Both the position numbers and the translations under genes were made by a program. A model generated the notes under the pieces. That model saw only the letters and a list, made by a program, of their open reading frames with translations. It searched no databases and was not told where the DNA came from. A stretch of 64,000 bases of DNA from assembly GCF_001194135.2 (NCBI RefSeq), contig NC_068994.1, positions 22,382,747-22,446,746 of the forward strand, in the 5' to 3' direction. Numbering within the stretch: position 1 is the first letter of the stretch; every line of letters starts with the position of its first letter. The stretch is from Octopus bimaculoides (lineage: Eukaryota). Shown in pieces: positions 1-11,986 of this stretch.

Positions 1-1192
1 TCCGTCTCTCCCTCCAATGGGAGAGCGGGGGGGAACAACATTTATTAACTGTTCCAGGACCTTACTCTGGTCCAGCGGGCAGTCTTTCTTAATATGACCA
101 GGCTCCAGACACAGGTGACATCCCTCGACTATGACTGGATATCTCTGCCTGTCCATCCTTAGAAAATCTGGGAGAACCAGATCTCTGGCTGATTGGGTCC
201 ATCCAAGCTCTAGTTAATTTCTTTCCACAGTATGTGGGAAGAAACAGAATTTTTTGCCCTTCTAAGGGTGTCAAATAGCAACCAAACCGTCGCGTATTTT
301 ACACCCCTTGCCATAAACTTAATAGTTGGCAGATATTCTGCCAACTCTTTTTCAATTTCAATTTTGGGAAAGACCGTAATGGTGTCCAGTAACCNNNNNN
401 NNNNNNNNNNNNNNNNNNNNNNNNNNNNNNNNNNNNNNNNNNNNNNNNNNNNNNNNNNNNNNNNNNNNNNNNNNNNNNNNNNNNNNNNNNNNNNNNNNNN
501 NNNNNNNNNNNNNNNNNNNNNNNNNNNNNNNNNNNNNNNNNNNNNNNNNNNNNNNNNNNNNNNNNNNNNNNNNNNNNNNNNNNNNNNNNNNNNNNNNNNN
601 NNNNNNNNNNNNNNNNNNNNNNNNNNNNNNAATAACAAATTTTCAGGCCACAACGGTACTCCGGCCCGATTTGATCTTGGCTCCGCTGCAGTTGTCACTT
701 TGCTGGTAAAAATTAAATCCTTTGCGTAGTTCCACGTGGTGTAGTTCAAAGCAAGAGGAAGACTTTTTTTCAAATTTATTAGCTTTCAAAACTTGGTTTG
801 AAAACAATAAATTCCTTTTCTTTTTTAAACAAAGTTCACAATATTTATTTGTAGTTTTCAAATCATGGCTTGAAAACAACAAACCTTTACAAACTAAGCT
901 CACAATTTTTGGAGGAGTGATACCTCCAAAACACTCTTCTCACCGTTAAGTGAGACTTTAAGCACAACCACAGGTAGACAAATGCGTGGAATTCAGTGGA
1001 GATTTCTTGCTCGAACAAAAATATAAATAAACACGAGCAACAAACCCCAACTAAATCCAAAAAACACAAAAGTCTTACCTGCAGTTGTACGTCAAAAATT
1101 CACGACGCTGGCCTTCAGCGACGTGAAGCAGGAGCGACAAAAAACACGTCCACTTGGTAAGCGAGCTACTTGCCACACAGCCACTCCTGCGC
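1..1192 (-). mobile_element. Degenerate Tx1/L1-like LINE 5' region: ORF1 (gag-like) with CCHC zinc knuckle; continues off the left edge, interrupted by an N gap
   Basis: Minus-strand frame near 1-210 reads ...YPVIVEGCHLCLEPGHIKKDCPLD (C-x2-C-x4-H-x4-C). Upstream frameshifted frames give ...KILFLPTYCGKKLTR. T-rich leader at about 750-1150. Clade assignment is by recall only. Confidence 0.6.
395..630. other. Assembly gap (N run); further gaps at 5426-5747, 7311-7728, 15163-15237, 38309-38318, 50461-50693
   Basis: Runs of N in the sequence; X-rich ORFs in the track are artefacts of these gaps. Confidence 1.
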
Positions 1193-1574
1193 GTATTGTG
1201 AGGATTTTCTTGTGAAGTTAGAAACCCCGAACCAAATTTTTTCGTTTGAAAGCTAACAAATTGGAGAAGAGAGTAAATAAGTTATGTAATTCGTATCCAT
1301 GTCTTTACAAAGCATATGGGATTGTTTTGAATATATATATAAGCGACTACTTTATCATATTGTCAAATAATTTTTCAAGTTGACTTATTTTGATGTCGTA
1401 TACTTTTCTCAATACTTCCCAGCGAGTCCTGGTGCAGCTAGGATAAACATGTTTCACTCACATTACTGCAGTGCAACTAACAAAATACTTTTGTAACGAA
1501 TAGCTTCTTAGATTTTAAGCCAGGATTCCAAACAGAGGATAAGGTCAGGTATTTTGAGGAGTTCAGAGGGACAA

Positions 1575-2790
1575 CTGCAAGCAGAAACGATGGGGCGGCA
1601 GGGTTGTTGGGTTTGTGAATTTTAGGAAGTAAATGATGGGGTTGCATGGAGCAAGGATAATTAGGTTGGAGGCGGTAGAATGGAGGAGGAAATAAGATTG
1701 TGAATGGTAGATAAGATGATTTGTTGATAGCGTGACGAGGAATTGGAGGGTCGAGGGCGATAGAATGAGGTGTCTTGGAGTGGCGGATAACCTCAGCCTT
1801 GAAGAGGTCTGCACATCACACAACCACAGTTTCACCTTTGTCGACTGCTTTAATGACGATATCGGAGGCATCGAAGGGCTGAGAGTTCAGCTCAAATGTT
1901 GAAATATCGGGGTCGCCTCTGGAAATTGAAACGACATTGGCAAAACTTGCAACTGGATCAACTGCCTGGAATTGGCCGGGAGTCAGCGTCCAGTGGGATC
2001 CTCAGCGGCGAACAAAGTGTTGGACATCAGCTCCGGTTGGAAACTCGTTGCTGGACGGAGTGAGTGGTAAGAAACAGAGACCCCTAAGGAGAGAACGCTC
2101 GACTTGAGAGAGGGAGAGATCAGGCTGAATAGTAACAAGAGTGAAGAGGAGAGGGGAGGGTAAGGTGTGGTGGAGGTAAATGTGGTAAGTGGGGAGTGCC
2201 TGGAGAGTGGGAGTAGTAGAGGAGTTGGGGAAAAGTTGAAGAGGGTTAGAGATGGAGAAGGGGTGGGTGTAGAGGCGTGGGATGGGACAGGATGGAGGAG
2301 TGACTGAAGTTTGTGGTGTTTTGTGCAAGCAAAAAAGAAAGCAGTTGAGGTAAAGAATGAAACGAAGGATGGAGTGGGCAGCAGAAGATGGAGTAAGCAA
2401 AAGGGAGAAGGCGATCAAGGGGCATATTTTGGAGAGATTAGAGCAGATGGTGACATGCAAAAGGCAGCAGGAAGTGGTGTGGAGAATGGGTAAGATATTG
2501 GAAGCAGAATGGAAGGTAGGTCGGGAATGGAGGCAGTACCTTTTGGGAAGGAGGTTATGGTGAAGGTAGCAAGTGAGGTAGGATATGTGGCTAGAGAAAC
2601 AGGTCTTTTTTGAAAATGTATAGGGAAAGTTTGAGAAGGGGTTGGAGGCAGCAGATAGGAAACATGGTGAGGTTATGTTTGAGATGGTGGTGTAGGTGGA
2701 GGAGGAAAGATTTATGATCAGACATATTGGAAGAGAGAGATAGAAGACAAAGAAAGTAGCAAAGTTAGTAACATAGTACACAAGAAGTTC
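1575..2790 (-). mobile_element. Degenerate Penelope-like element (PLE), N-terminal/pre-RT part of the ORF
   Basis: Minus translations HISYLTCYLHHNLLPK, VTIQPDLSLSQVERSLLRGLCFLPLTP and DIVIKAVDKGETVVV match the PLE motifs (IPKGF; LSxxExSVLSKGLxFxP; IKPADKGGAVVVW). Stops and frameshifts present. Confidence 0.75.
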
Positions 2791-3097
2791 AAAAAATTTG
2801 AGAAGTCATGGTAGATTGGTTTGATACAAATCAACAACAGTGTACAGGAAGATCTGTGATGGTAGAATCTGAGAAGTATAAAGTTCTAATGGTAATCTGG
2901 GTGGAGTGGTGGTAATGTGGTTCAGAAGTACCAAAGGTCTGATAATTTAAATTTCAGACTGTGAGAAGTTGATGACAGAATTTTCATCTTTGGGCTGATT
3001 AGATAAAAACACCAAGTAATCATCATTCCACTTTCTCCATTTACATACTTTTCCTTTTGTAGGCCTTTTATACTTTCCATAAACAATACTACGTAGG

Positions 3098-3254
3098 CAT
3101 AGGAGTGGCTGTATGGTAAGTAGCTTGTTTACAGACCACATGGTTCTGGGTTCAGTCCCACTGCATGGCACCTTGGGCAAGCGTTTTCTACTATAGCCTT
3201 GGGCCGACAGAAGCCTTGTGAGTGGATTTGGTAGATGGAAACTGACAGAAGCCT

Positions 3255-3285
<31 letters not shown>
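3098..3285 (+). mobile_element. tRNA-derived SINE family A, 5' half ending in (TA)n
   Basis: Head AGGAGTGGCTGTATGGTAAGTAGC...GGTTCAGTCCC (A/B-box-like), then ...AGCCTTGTGAGTGGATTTGGTAGATGGAAACTGA, a body repeated many times in the window. Confidence 0.85.
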
Positions 3286-3286
<1 letters not shown>

Positions 3287-4016
3287 CTAATGGGTTCTAG
3301 GAAATAAGGGCACATTAACGCCTGTGAGGTTAGGGTTGGGAAAAAGAGAAGGGGTTAGATGCTATAAGCCACCCAGTTCTTTCTGTGAGCTGAAAAGTTG
3401 GGAAAAACTACCCTCTAACATACCCTGCCCCGTTTTCCATCAGAAAAATGCGAACACACAGAATATGTCGGGAAGTATTACTCTTTTTTTTTTTTTTTAA
3501 CTTGTTTTCAGTCATTTGACTGTGGCCATGCTGGAGCACCGCCTTTAGTCTAGCAAATCAACCCCAAGACTTATTCTTTGTAAGCCTAGTACTTATTCTA
3601 TCGGTCTCTTTTGCCAAACCGCTAAGTTACGGGGATGTAAACACACCACCATCGGTTGTCAAGCGATGTTGGAGGGACAAACACAGATACACACATATAT
3701 ATATATATGTGTGTGTGTGTGTATGTTTGTGTGTCTGTGTTTGGCGGTGCTCCAGCATGACCAGTCAAATGACTGAAAACAAGTAAAAAAAAAAAAAAAA
3801 AAAGGGTAATACTTCCCAACATATTCAGTGTTTTCAGGTTCTGTGAGTTTGCATTTTTCTGATGGAAAATGGGGAAGGGTATGTTAGAGGGTAGTTTCCC
3901 CCAACTTTGCAGCTCACAGAAAGAACTGGGTGGCTTATAGCATCTAACCCCTTCTCTTTTTCCCAACCCTAACCTCATAGACGTTAATGCACCCCTATTC
4001 CCTAGAACCCATTAGT
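3286..4016. repeat. Large imperfect inverted duplication (arms about 3286-3545 and 3743-4016) containing SINE-A 3' ends
   Basis: ACTAATGGGTTCTAGG... at 3286 is the reverse complement of ...CCTAGAACCCATTAGT ending at 4016. Homology continues inward through the poly-T/poly-A tract and the SINE tail. Confidence 0.9.
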
Positions 4017-5224
4017 ATCACTGCTTACAGCAATAAGCAAAAAGAGATTTCGAATGACACAAAGCACTTTTATTAGTTTATGAGCTGAATGTTGTTGAAA
4101 GATTTCAAAATAAAGAAGCTACTAAAAAATTTTAGACACACATGAACCAAAACCTAGATATTTTATGAAAATGATAATTATTTTTATGAATTTGACTGCA
4201 CAGCTGAGGGATCAATTCATATAGATCAGCTGGTAGATGAGGTATCAGCTGCCACTGATTTGCCAAATGCATATTTCACTTCAGTTGAATTATAATTATC
4301 TTTATGGCTCCATACACACTGGTCTTTCAAACTGGTAGTTGAAGATGGCTATTTAAAAGACCAGTGTGTACAGATCACCTTGCACAGAGTAGTAATCAAA
4401 ATGAAAATTATTTTTTATTTTACTTAATTCTTTTGATATTAACCTGCCCAAAATAACCCTGGTTTGTATGATACAAACATTGTTTAACATCCAATTTCCA
4501 TGCATGCAAGAATAGGATGGTTGACAGGAGCCGGCCAGGTAGAAAATCTATTCAAAGCTACTGTGTCTGTTTTGGCAGGGATTTTACGGCTGGATACCCT
4601 AACACCAACCACTCCACAGAGTAGACTCAGTGCTTTTTACGTGGCACTAGCAAGGCAAAGTTAGTTTTGGCATGATTTTTCCAGTTGGATGCCCTTCCAG
4701 ATGTCACCCACATTACAATGTGGACTGGTAGGGTAACCAAGTAACTCACAAGACAAGGAATTATGAGAGGGGCAGGGAATTTGTGTCAGGATGAAAGGTA
4801 GAGTGTGACAAAGAGACAGAAGCAGGTGTCTTGCCACAACAGAGAGGACATTAGAGGAGGTGATCCAGTTTCAAATGATGAAAGGTTAGAGTGTAACAGA
4901 GAAATAGAGAGGCAGAAATAGGTGTCTTGCTATAGAGGAGGTACATGGTTAGAGAGAGAGAGTGGTAAAGAAAGAGGCCAGAAACAAGTGTACTGATGTA
5001 AAGGTGATACTTGGTTACCTAGTGAGAGGGAAAAGAAGAGAGAGAGAGTAGGAAACAGCAAAAGTGTAAGAAAGGGGAGAAGAGAGACAGTGTAGTGCTA
5101 GGGTATACTCACAAATAACAAGAATATGAATGTAGAACCTGGTTAGAAAAATAGGGAGTGATCTAAATTAAAAACCTTCCAATATTTCATGTTATGCTCC
5201 ATTACACCAGCTTAAGGGCAAAAT

Positions 5225-5425
5225 CATTTTTCTCTCTTTTACTTGTTTCAGTCATTTGACTGTGGCCATGCTGGAGCACCGACTTTAGTCGAGAAAATCG
5301 ACCCCAGGACTTATTCTTTGTAAGCCTAGTACTTATTCTATCGGTCTCTTTTTGCCGAACCGCTAAGTTATGTGGACGTAAACACACCAGCATCGGTTGT
5401 CAAGCGATGTTGCGGGGACAAACAC
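5225..5425 (-). mobile_element. SINE family A, 3' half running into an N gap
   Basis: TTACTTGTTTCAGTCATTTGACTGTGGCCATGCTGGAGCACCG...GTAAACACACCAGCATCGG, same as the 3490-3700 copy. Confidence 0.85.
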
Positions 5426-6093
5426 NNNNNNNNNNNNNNNNNNNNNNNNNNNNNNNNNNNNNNNNNNNNNNNNNNNNNNNNNNNNNNNNNNNNNNNNNNN
5501 NNNNNNNNNNNNNNNNNNNNNNNNNNNNNNNNNNNNNNNNNNNNNNNNNNNNNNNNNNNNNNNNNNNNNNNNNNNNNNNNNNNNNNNNNNNNNNNNNNNN
5601 NNNNNNNNNNNNNNNNNNNNNNNNNNNNNNNNNNNNNNNNNNNNNNNNNNNNNNNNNNNNNNNNNNNNNNNNNNNNNNNNNNNNNNNNNNNNNNNNNNNN
5701 NNNNNNNNNNNNNNNNNNNNNNNNNNNNNNNNNNNNNNNNNNNNNNNAATACTGAAACTTGATGTTTCAAATTAAATTATAAAATCATGAATTTAAACTG
5801 GTTTTATAAAATGGAAAGTGCAAAATTTAAGTTGAAACATTATCAGACTATTTTATAAAGTGAAATAATGTACTGTTCTACCATTAGCACACTAGCAACA
5901 TCTACATGAATATTTTGATTTAAATATGGATAGATGCAGGCAGTCTTAGGCATACTATGATCAGAGATAGGTTGGTAACATAAAGGTAAAGCAAAAAAGT
6001 TTATATAAGATTGAAAGAACTAATTAACAAGAAACAAATTCTTATGTAAAGAAAAATGTTTATTTTTAAAGCTATTTATAAACTAATTTGAAA

Positions 6094-6180
6094 TCATTTC
6101 TTTTTATTTCGGAATTTGCTTTGATTTCTTCGGTTCTTTCCCAATCTTCGCTGCTTTTGAGTCCCTTTCTGTTTCTTGTT
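6094..6180 (-). CDS. EBNA1BP2: EBP2 exon 9 (last coding exon): NKKQKGTQKQRRLGKNRRNQSKFRNKKK*
   Basis: Acceptor ttttttag at 6181-6182, TGA at 6094-6096, basic C-terminus like EBP2, AATAAA at 6059-6064 on the minus strand. Confidence 0.85.
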   Translation of the reverse strand, partial: NKKQKGTQKQRRLGKNRRNQSKFRNKKK

Positions 6181-6374
6181 CTAAAAAAACAAAAAAATTT
6201 GAGAAATTTATTTTCTCTTTAAAAGACCATAAAAAAGAAGGAATGACTAAATAAACATAATACTAGAAAATGAAGCCACAACTGTATTCCACAGTAGAAC
6301 AAATGAGAAAGAGGTCATCATTCTATTAGTTTAATGTAATCTATTTACATGCGTAAAGAATGAAAAATTCTAAC

Positions 6375-6519
6375 CTGATGTTTACGAGAACTTTGATTCA
6401 TCATCATACTTTCTATGGGAGAAAGTTCATCAAAACTCTTAGCATTGTTCGATTTTGACCGTTTCTTTTTACCTCCAAAACCAAAACGTTCATTTTTGCT
6501 CTGACGTTTACTGTTTGGT
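6375..6519 (-). CDS. EBNA1BP2: EBP2 exon 8: (Q)PNSKRQSKNERFGFGGKKKRSKSNNAKSFDELSPIESMMMNQSSRKHQ
   Basis: Conserved KRxxKNxxFGFGGKKKxSKxN motif; AG/GT boundaries; phase 2 in, phase 0 out, consistent with neighbouring exons. Confidence 0.93.
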
Positions 6520-6649
6520 CTAAAAAGTAATCAGAAAGTGTTTTTTTTAAAATCAATATCTTGCCAAAATAACAAAAATAGATGAGAAATGATTACCAGA
6601 GAAATTTGTTACTAGGAAATGGGAAGCAAGTGTCACTGTCATGTAGGCA

Positions 6650-7120
6650 ATGTCTTTCATTCCCAATCAGGAAAACATGTCTAACCATGGGGGAATTTTA
6701 TCTTACATGAAAACTGGTGACAGTTGGTAGGGGGAAGGGCATCCAGCCACAGAAAACGATAAGTTCTCTCTCATCCATGCAAGCATAACAAATTGGACAT
6801 TAAAATGATGATGATGATGATGATGATATAGTGTTGCATAACTTGCTTGTAAAAAGCAGCTTCGTGCTTTAGAAGACCTGTCAAGCCAAGTGAGATGGTA
6901 GTTGTGGCCAATGCTGGTGTTGTTTAACTGGCACCCATGCTAGTGGCATGTAAAAAGCACCCACTGCACTCTTGAAGTGGTTGGTGTTAGGAAGGGCATC
7001 CAGCTGTAGAAACCATGACAAATCAGATTGGAACCTAGTGCAACTTCCCAGCTTACTGGTTTTCAGTCAGACCATCTAACCCATGTGAGCATGGAAAGCG
7101 GGCATTAAATAATGATGATA
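6650..7120 (+). mobile_element. Two tandem RTE-type 3'-UTR fragments ending in (GAT)n tails
   Basis: GGAAGGGCATCCAGCTGTAGAAAC core and AAATGATGATG tail. The same unit recurs at about 4500-4730(-), 13600-13860, 19240-19550, 36770-37040, 37270-37590, 38226-38690, 48975-49340(-) and 51790-52020. Confidence 0.75.
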
Positions 7121-7728
7121 CACATATATACATACAGTTCTTGTTTTTCTTTTCTTTTTTTCTAAATGCTTCAAGCCTAATTGAGTTAATCTACTATGCC
7201 ATAACAAGCTCAATAAGGATTGCTCATACAGCTAACTTTTCATGCCAAGGCACCTGCCTGGGATGAAGTTAGAGTTTAAGTTCCCTTCGCTCTCTCTATA
7301 AATATATATANNNNNNNNNNNNNNNNNNNNNNNNNNNNNNNNNNNNNNNNNNNNNNNNNNNNNNNNNNNNNNNNNNNNNNNNNNNNNNNNNNNNNNNNNN
7401 NNNNNNNNNNNNNNNNNNNNNNNNNNNNNNNNNNNNNNNNNNNNNNNNNNNNNNNNNNNNNNNNNNNNNNNNNNNNNNNNNNNNNNNNNNNNNNNNNNNN
7501 NNNNNNNNNNNNNNNNNNNNNNNNNNNNNNNNNNNNNNNNNNNNNNNNNNNNNNNNNNNNNNNNNNNNNNNNNNNNNNNNNNNNNNNNNNNNNNNNNNNN
7601 NNNNNNNNNNNNNNNNNNNNNNNNNNNNNNNNNNNNNNNNNNNNNNNNNNNNNNNNNNNNNNNNNNNNNNNNNNNNNNNNNNNNNNNNNNNNNNNNNNNN
7701 NNNNNNNNNNNNNNNNNNNNNNNNNNNN

Positions 7729-7776
<48 letters not shown>

Positions 7777-7899
7777 GCTATTATCACCACCATTTAATGT
7801 TTGTTTTCTATGCTGGCATGGGTTGGATGGTTTGACAGGGGCCGACAAACCAAAAGACTGTGCTTACTGAACTGACTGTCCTGAAATCTTCCAAACCCA

Positions 7900-8880
7900 A
7901 CCTGCACCAGAGTTAAAGTAAATTGTGTCTATCTCTACCCAAATAAATGTTGGTAATAAGCAACATACATCACACCACTCTCTGCCAGTTCTACATCAAC
8001 AATCTCGTGTCACAGGCATTCAGTGATGTAAAGATAGACAAAATTTGCTTCACCTTTGACATTAATTTATTTTTTGAAAAACCCTAACTGGTTTAGTTGC
8101 AATTAGGTTACAGTTTATAACCCTAAGAATTCACATGCCATCTCCAACTGGAGATAAAGCCATCATACTTCTGCTTCAAAACTCACCTTTCCTCGTTGCT
8201 TATACAATCACCTACAATAAAACTCAAATCGTTCAAACTCAATGACAGGAATAGTCCTGATGTTATCCTTCCTATTACCCTAAGTGTGTTTTAGAGCAAG
8301 CCCCCATTTTCACTAAACTTTTCAATAGTTCTTTCCTTAATATATATATCTATGGAAATACACTATCCAACAATGGTAAGCTCTCAGACTGCCAACTGCT
8401 AGCCTCACTCTCAATACCTCGAGATGATGGAAATAATCATAAATAACTTCATCATCTTCAATATATCATGCTTCTCAGTAGCCACAACCAATGAAAGGCC
8501 ATTTGCTTGGTTAGCAAAGATTTAATCACTAATATGCTACAACCAATACTACTTCTCACTCTTTTCTATCACAAGTAAAATGATGGCTTCTACTCCAGTG
8601 AATATGCAAGCTACAGGTCATCTACATCCAGGTCCATACACTCATTTTCTTTTTCTCATCATCACTACTGAGTCTCATTCTTCTCCAGAGTTATAATCCT
8701 CTAGAATTCCTTCTGGTCCATAATGTTTCTACAGAAGTTCACACTAAAAATCAACTGCATTAATCTCACCACTCCACTGGAAGGACCTTCAAATGTCATA
8801 CATTCAACAATCCTACACAGATTATATGAAAACCAAAACTATTAAAATTCAAAATGAAACAGCTGTATGCTTCATGGTAT
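7900..8880 (+). mobile_element. Highly decayed L2/CR1-like LINE reverse-transcriptase region
   Basis: Fragments resemble the KSPGPDGI..LKxCAPxLAPILxKLFNxS and NYRPISL..SKxME..IN segments of Jockey-group RTs; many stops. Confidence 0.5.
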
Positions 8881-8988
8881 TATCTAATAATAGTGTGGCA
8901 CTTTCTGAAATTTCAAAAACTGATTCATAATAGTCTAGTAAAATAAATAAATACAACAATTAATAATAGAAGAAAAGCAAAAAATTAC

Positions 8989-9100
8989 TGGTTTTGAGTT
9001 TCTTTTCTATTAGAGTTGTTTCGTCGTCTTGAGGTTTTGTTAGATTTGTCTTCATCTTCTATTTTGATATCATCAAGGAAATCAAGTTTGTCCTTCTGAC
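8989..9100 (-). CDS. EBNA1BP2: EBP2 exon 7: (G)QKDKLDFLDDIKIEDEDKSNKTSRRRNNSNRKETQN
   Basis: KLDFL motif of EBP2; tattttag acceptor and gtaatt donor; phase 1 in, phase 2 out. Confidence 0.92.
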
Positions 9101-9625
9101 CTAAAATACACAAATTAAAAGACCAAGATAAAACTCAAATTACTAATACACTAACAGTTGTTTTAGTATCAAAAGCTTTATCTGTGTTTTTGTCTTCTCA
9201 AACTTTGGATCTTGGTTGCAAAAGAGCAAAAACATCTTTCTCTTTAATGTCATCTATTTTGCTCATTGGAAACATTAGATTTTGAAATATTATTCTGAAA
9301 AATTATTACGGAACAAGGATTGTTGAAATATTTTACATATTAGAATGAGTGTACACAAAGATAAACAAAATAAAACAATTACATTACAGTTTTCTTGCCA
9401 TTGATATTTGAGAATGAAGGTTAAATACCGCATTACTTCTATGTACAGTTTTCTCCCCAACCAAAACAAAATTTGAATACTTATTCTAATGGCTTGGAAC
9501 AGTTGTAATTACATATCTTGCTTCTTTTTATGTGAATTTTGTTAAAAGTATTTTAATTTTCCAAACTCTTCTGCTTCTGTGTCTACCCATTGACAATATA
9601 GGCATTATTCCTGCATATGTATTCC

Positions 9626-9955
9626 TGAATGGCTCAGCGGTTAGAACGTCGCGCTCATGATTGTGAGGTTGTGAGTTCGAATCCCGGACCGGGCTGTGTG
9701 TTGTGTTCTTGAGCAAGACACTTTATTTCATGTTGCTCCAGTTCACTCAGCTGTAGAAATGAGTTGCAATGTCACAGGTGCCAAGCTGTATCGGCCTTTG
9801 CCTTACCCTTGGATAACACTGGTGGCATGGAGAGGGGAGGCTGGTATGCATGGGCGACTGCTGGTCTTCCATAAATAACCTTGCCTGGACTTGTGCCTGG
9901 GAGGGTAACTTTCTAGGTGCAATCCCATGGTCAGTCATGACTGAAGGGGGTCTCA
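9626..9955 (+). mobile_element. tRNA-derived SINE family B, near full length, in EBP2 intron 6
   Basis: Head TGGCTCAGCGGTTAGAACG...GTGAGTTCGAATCCC (A and B boxes), central GTGTTCTTGAGCAAGACACTT, followed by (TA)n; second copy inverted at 16685-17010. Confidence 0.88.
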
Positions 9956-10000
<45 letters not shown>

Positions 10001-10314
10001 GAGCATGAAATTAAATTTGAACTCAGACCCTTTCCTTATTATGCACAGAACAATTACTAAGTTCAGGAACGCAATTTTGAGATTACCTGGAAAGCTGGTC
10101 AGTGGATATCTAAAAAATGTAAGTTAGTCATATGTGTGATGTAAACACAATATTGATGAGATTCAATAGTAAATCAATGCAATATATGGAAAGAACAGAT
10201 TAAGAAAATTAGATGCAGAAACATGAATGAATAATAAAAGCACACACAAAAAAAACCATTGTAAGTGTATTTAATATTAATAAATGAGTGACAAAAGAAA
10301 CTTTTTACACCTAC

Positions 10315-10390
10315 CTTTCCGATATTTCTTTACTTCTTCTAACATTTTCTTCTTTTCTTGTGCTCTTTTCTTGAGAATATCAATCTGGAC
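10315..10390 (-). CDS. EBNA1BP2: EBP2 exon 6: VQIDILKKRAQEKKKMLEEVKKYRK(G)
   Basis: Matches EBP2 VQxEVLxKRQxEKxxMLxxxKKYxKG; AG/GT boundaries. Confidence 0.94.
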
Positions 10391-11134
10391 CTTGAAAAGT
10401 TGTTTTCAAATAATTGGTTAGGAAGACTTGCAAATATATACACACATTAATATATGTTTACATAAACGCATATACAAACAAATCTACACTTTTTAAAGGG
10501 AGCAATGTAGGATGGTGAGATTGATGCAGTTGATATTCAGTACGAGCCTCTGTAAATCAATGTCTGCAAGAAAAACATGGGAACTCACACACACAATATG
10601 CTCCCACACTGCTTCCATCTGCTTGACATAAAATGGACAGGATAAGGCACCATATGAAACTATAACTGCATCAGTGGCAGTCTGCTGCCATTACATCACC
10701 TAACACTCCTCATCTCATTTGGCATGTTCTACAGTGATCAATCCTGAAACCAGTGTTTGGCTTGCTCCCTGGAAAGTTGAGATCCACTGTAAATAAACCC
10801 ATACCATTTGCATTTCTTCCTGATATTTCTCCCAACTTTTTATCAACTCTTGAAAATTTTTATATTTTGTATTAATTTTTTACTCTATTCCATTTTATCA
10901 GGAAAGCCCAACTGCAAGGGAATAAAGACAGTAGAAACAAGTTTATGTACATTAGCAGCAGGTATGTAATGGTCACTTCCTCAAGACCTACTGGCAACTT
11001 AAGAACTATCATGCCTTGTTTGTATTAACTAAAATTTACTCATTAAAGAATAATCATTTTTGAAATCACTTTCAAATTTTTACAGTTTTCCTGAGTGGAT
11101 GCTGCAGAGCTGCAGCAAATCAAATTCTACTTAC

Positions 11135-11224
11135 CTGTTTACCAAATTTACGAGCAGCTCTTAATTTTTTAGCCTTTTCTGATTTTTCCATTCCAATTTC
11201 TTGGGCAATTAACTTCTCACGAAT
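11135..11224 (-). CDS. EBNA1BP2: EBP2 exon 5: IREKLIAQEIGMEKSEKAKKLRAARKFGKQ
   Basis: Matches IRxKL...ME.SEKAK.LR..RK.GK; ttgcag acceptor and gtaagt donor. Confidence 0.95.
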
Positions 11225-11839
11225 CTGCAAGAAAAAAACGATAAAAAATGTAAAGTTAATTTGAAATAATGTGAATGTTTCCACCAAAAGATGAAATGAG
11301 CCAATAAAAATACTTCTTTGCAGTCATTTAACTTGCTAGACTTAGTCATCAAATCTCACCTTAACATCTTGTGTAGACTGCATAATACAGTCCTTCTTAT
11401 ACTATGACTAGTAAAAGACAGTATGGTCTCAGCTGATTTGGAGGCTAAACAATGAAGGTAACTACAAAAAATATGAATGCCACCTGATTTACAATTTCAT
11501 AGTTGATGCCACCTGCTTTGGTGTATTGCAGTTTGTTATAACTTATAATAATTTTCTAACTCAGTAACAACCCTAAGCCTGGTTTGAACATAAAAACTCT
11601 ATATCGTAAACATGCTTTCAACTTCTTAATTACTGTACCTCTGTCGTGGGATAATTTTCTTTTTTGCCCAGTTATGGGCAAATTGTGGCTTGTTGGACAT
11701 TCTGAATGGCACAGTAAATTATATGCAAAATACAACATTTATTGAAATTATCTTGAATTTTTTTTAGTAGTGCTGCCCACCTCATCTTAAGCCACTTCTC
11801 ATGCAGCCCATTCTCAAAAAAAGCTCATCAGAGACTGAA

Positions 11840-11986
11840 TTTAACTTTTTTTGTCAAATGTAATGCTTATTTATTCACTTTGTTTTGAATTAATCATTCA
11901 TTTTCTTGTAACTTAGAGATATTGATGATGTGATTAACAGAAAATAACTGGGCCGGATATGACCATTTTAAATGCTAAAGGGTTAA
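11840..11986 (-). mobile_element. piggyBac-type MITE fragment
   Basis: Ends ...AATGCTAAAGGGTTAA, the reverse complement of TTAA+CCCTTTAGCATT; same family as 57010-57240 and 62747-62974. Confidence 0.65.

Noticed and set aside
5363-7848. Long ORFs of 120-190 aa in the track, also 210-773 and 50346-50752
   Set aside because: Composed mainly of X from N gaps and (TA)n microsatellite translation.
9626-9700. tRNA-gene-like sequence (also 61880-61944, 29779-29850, 59606-59640)
   Set aside because: These are SINE heads: A/B boxes continue into SINE bodies and lack a complete acceptor stem.
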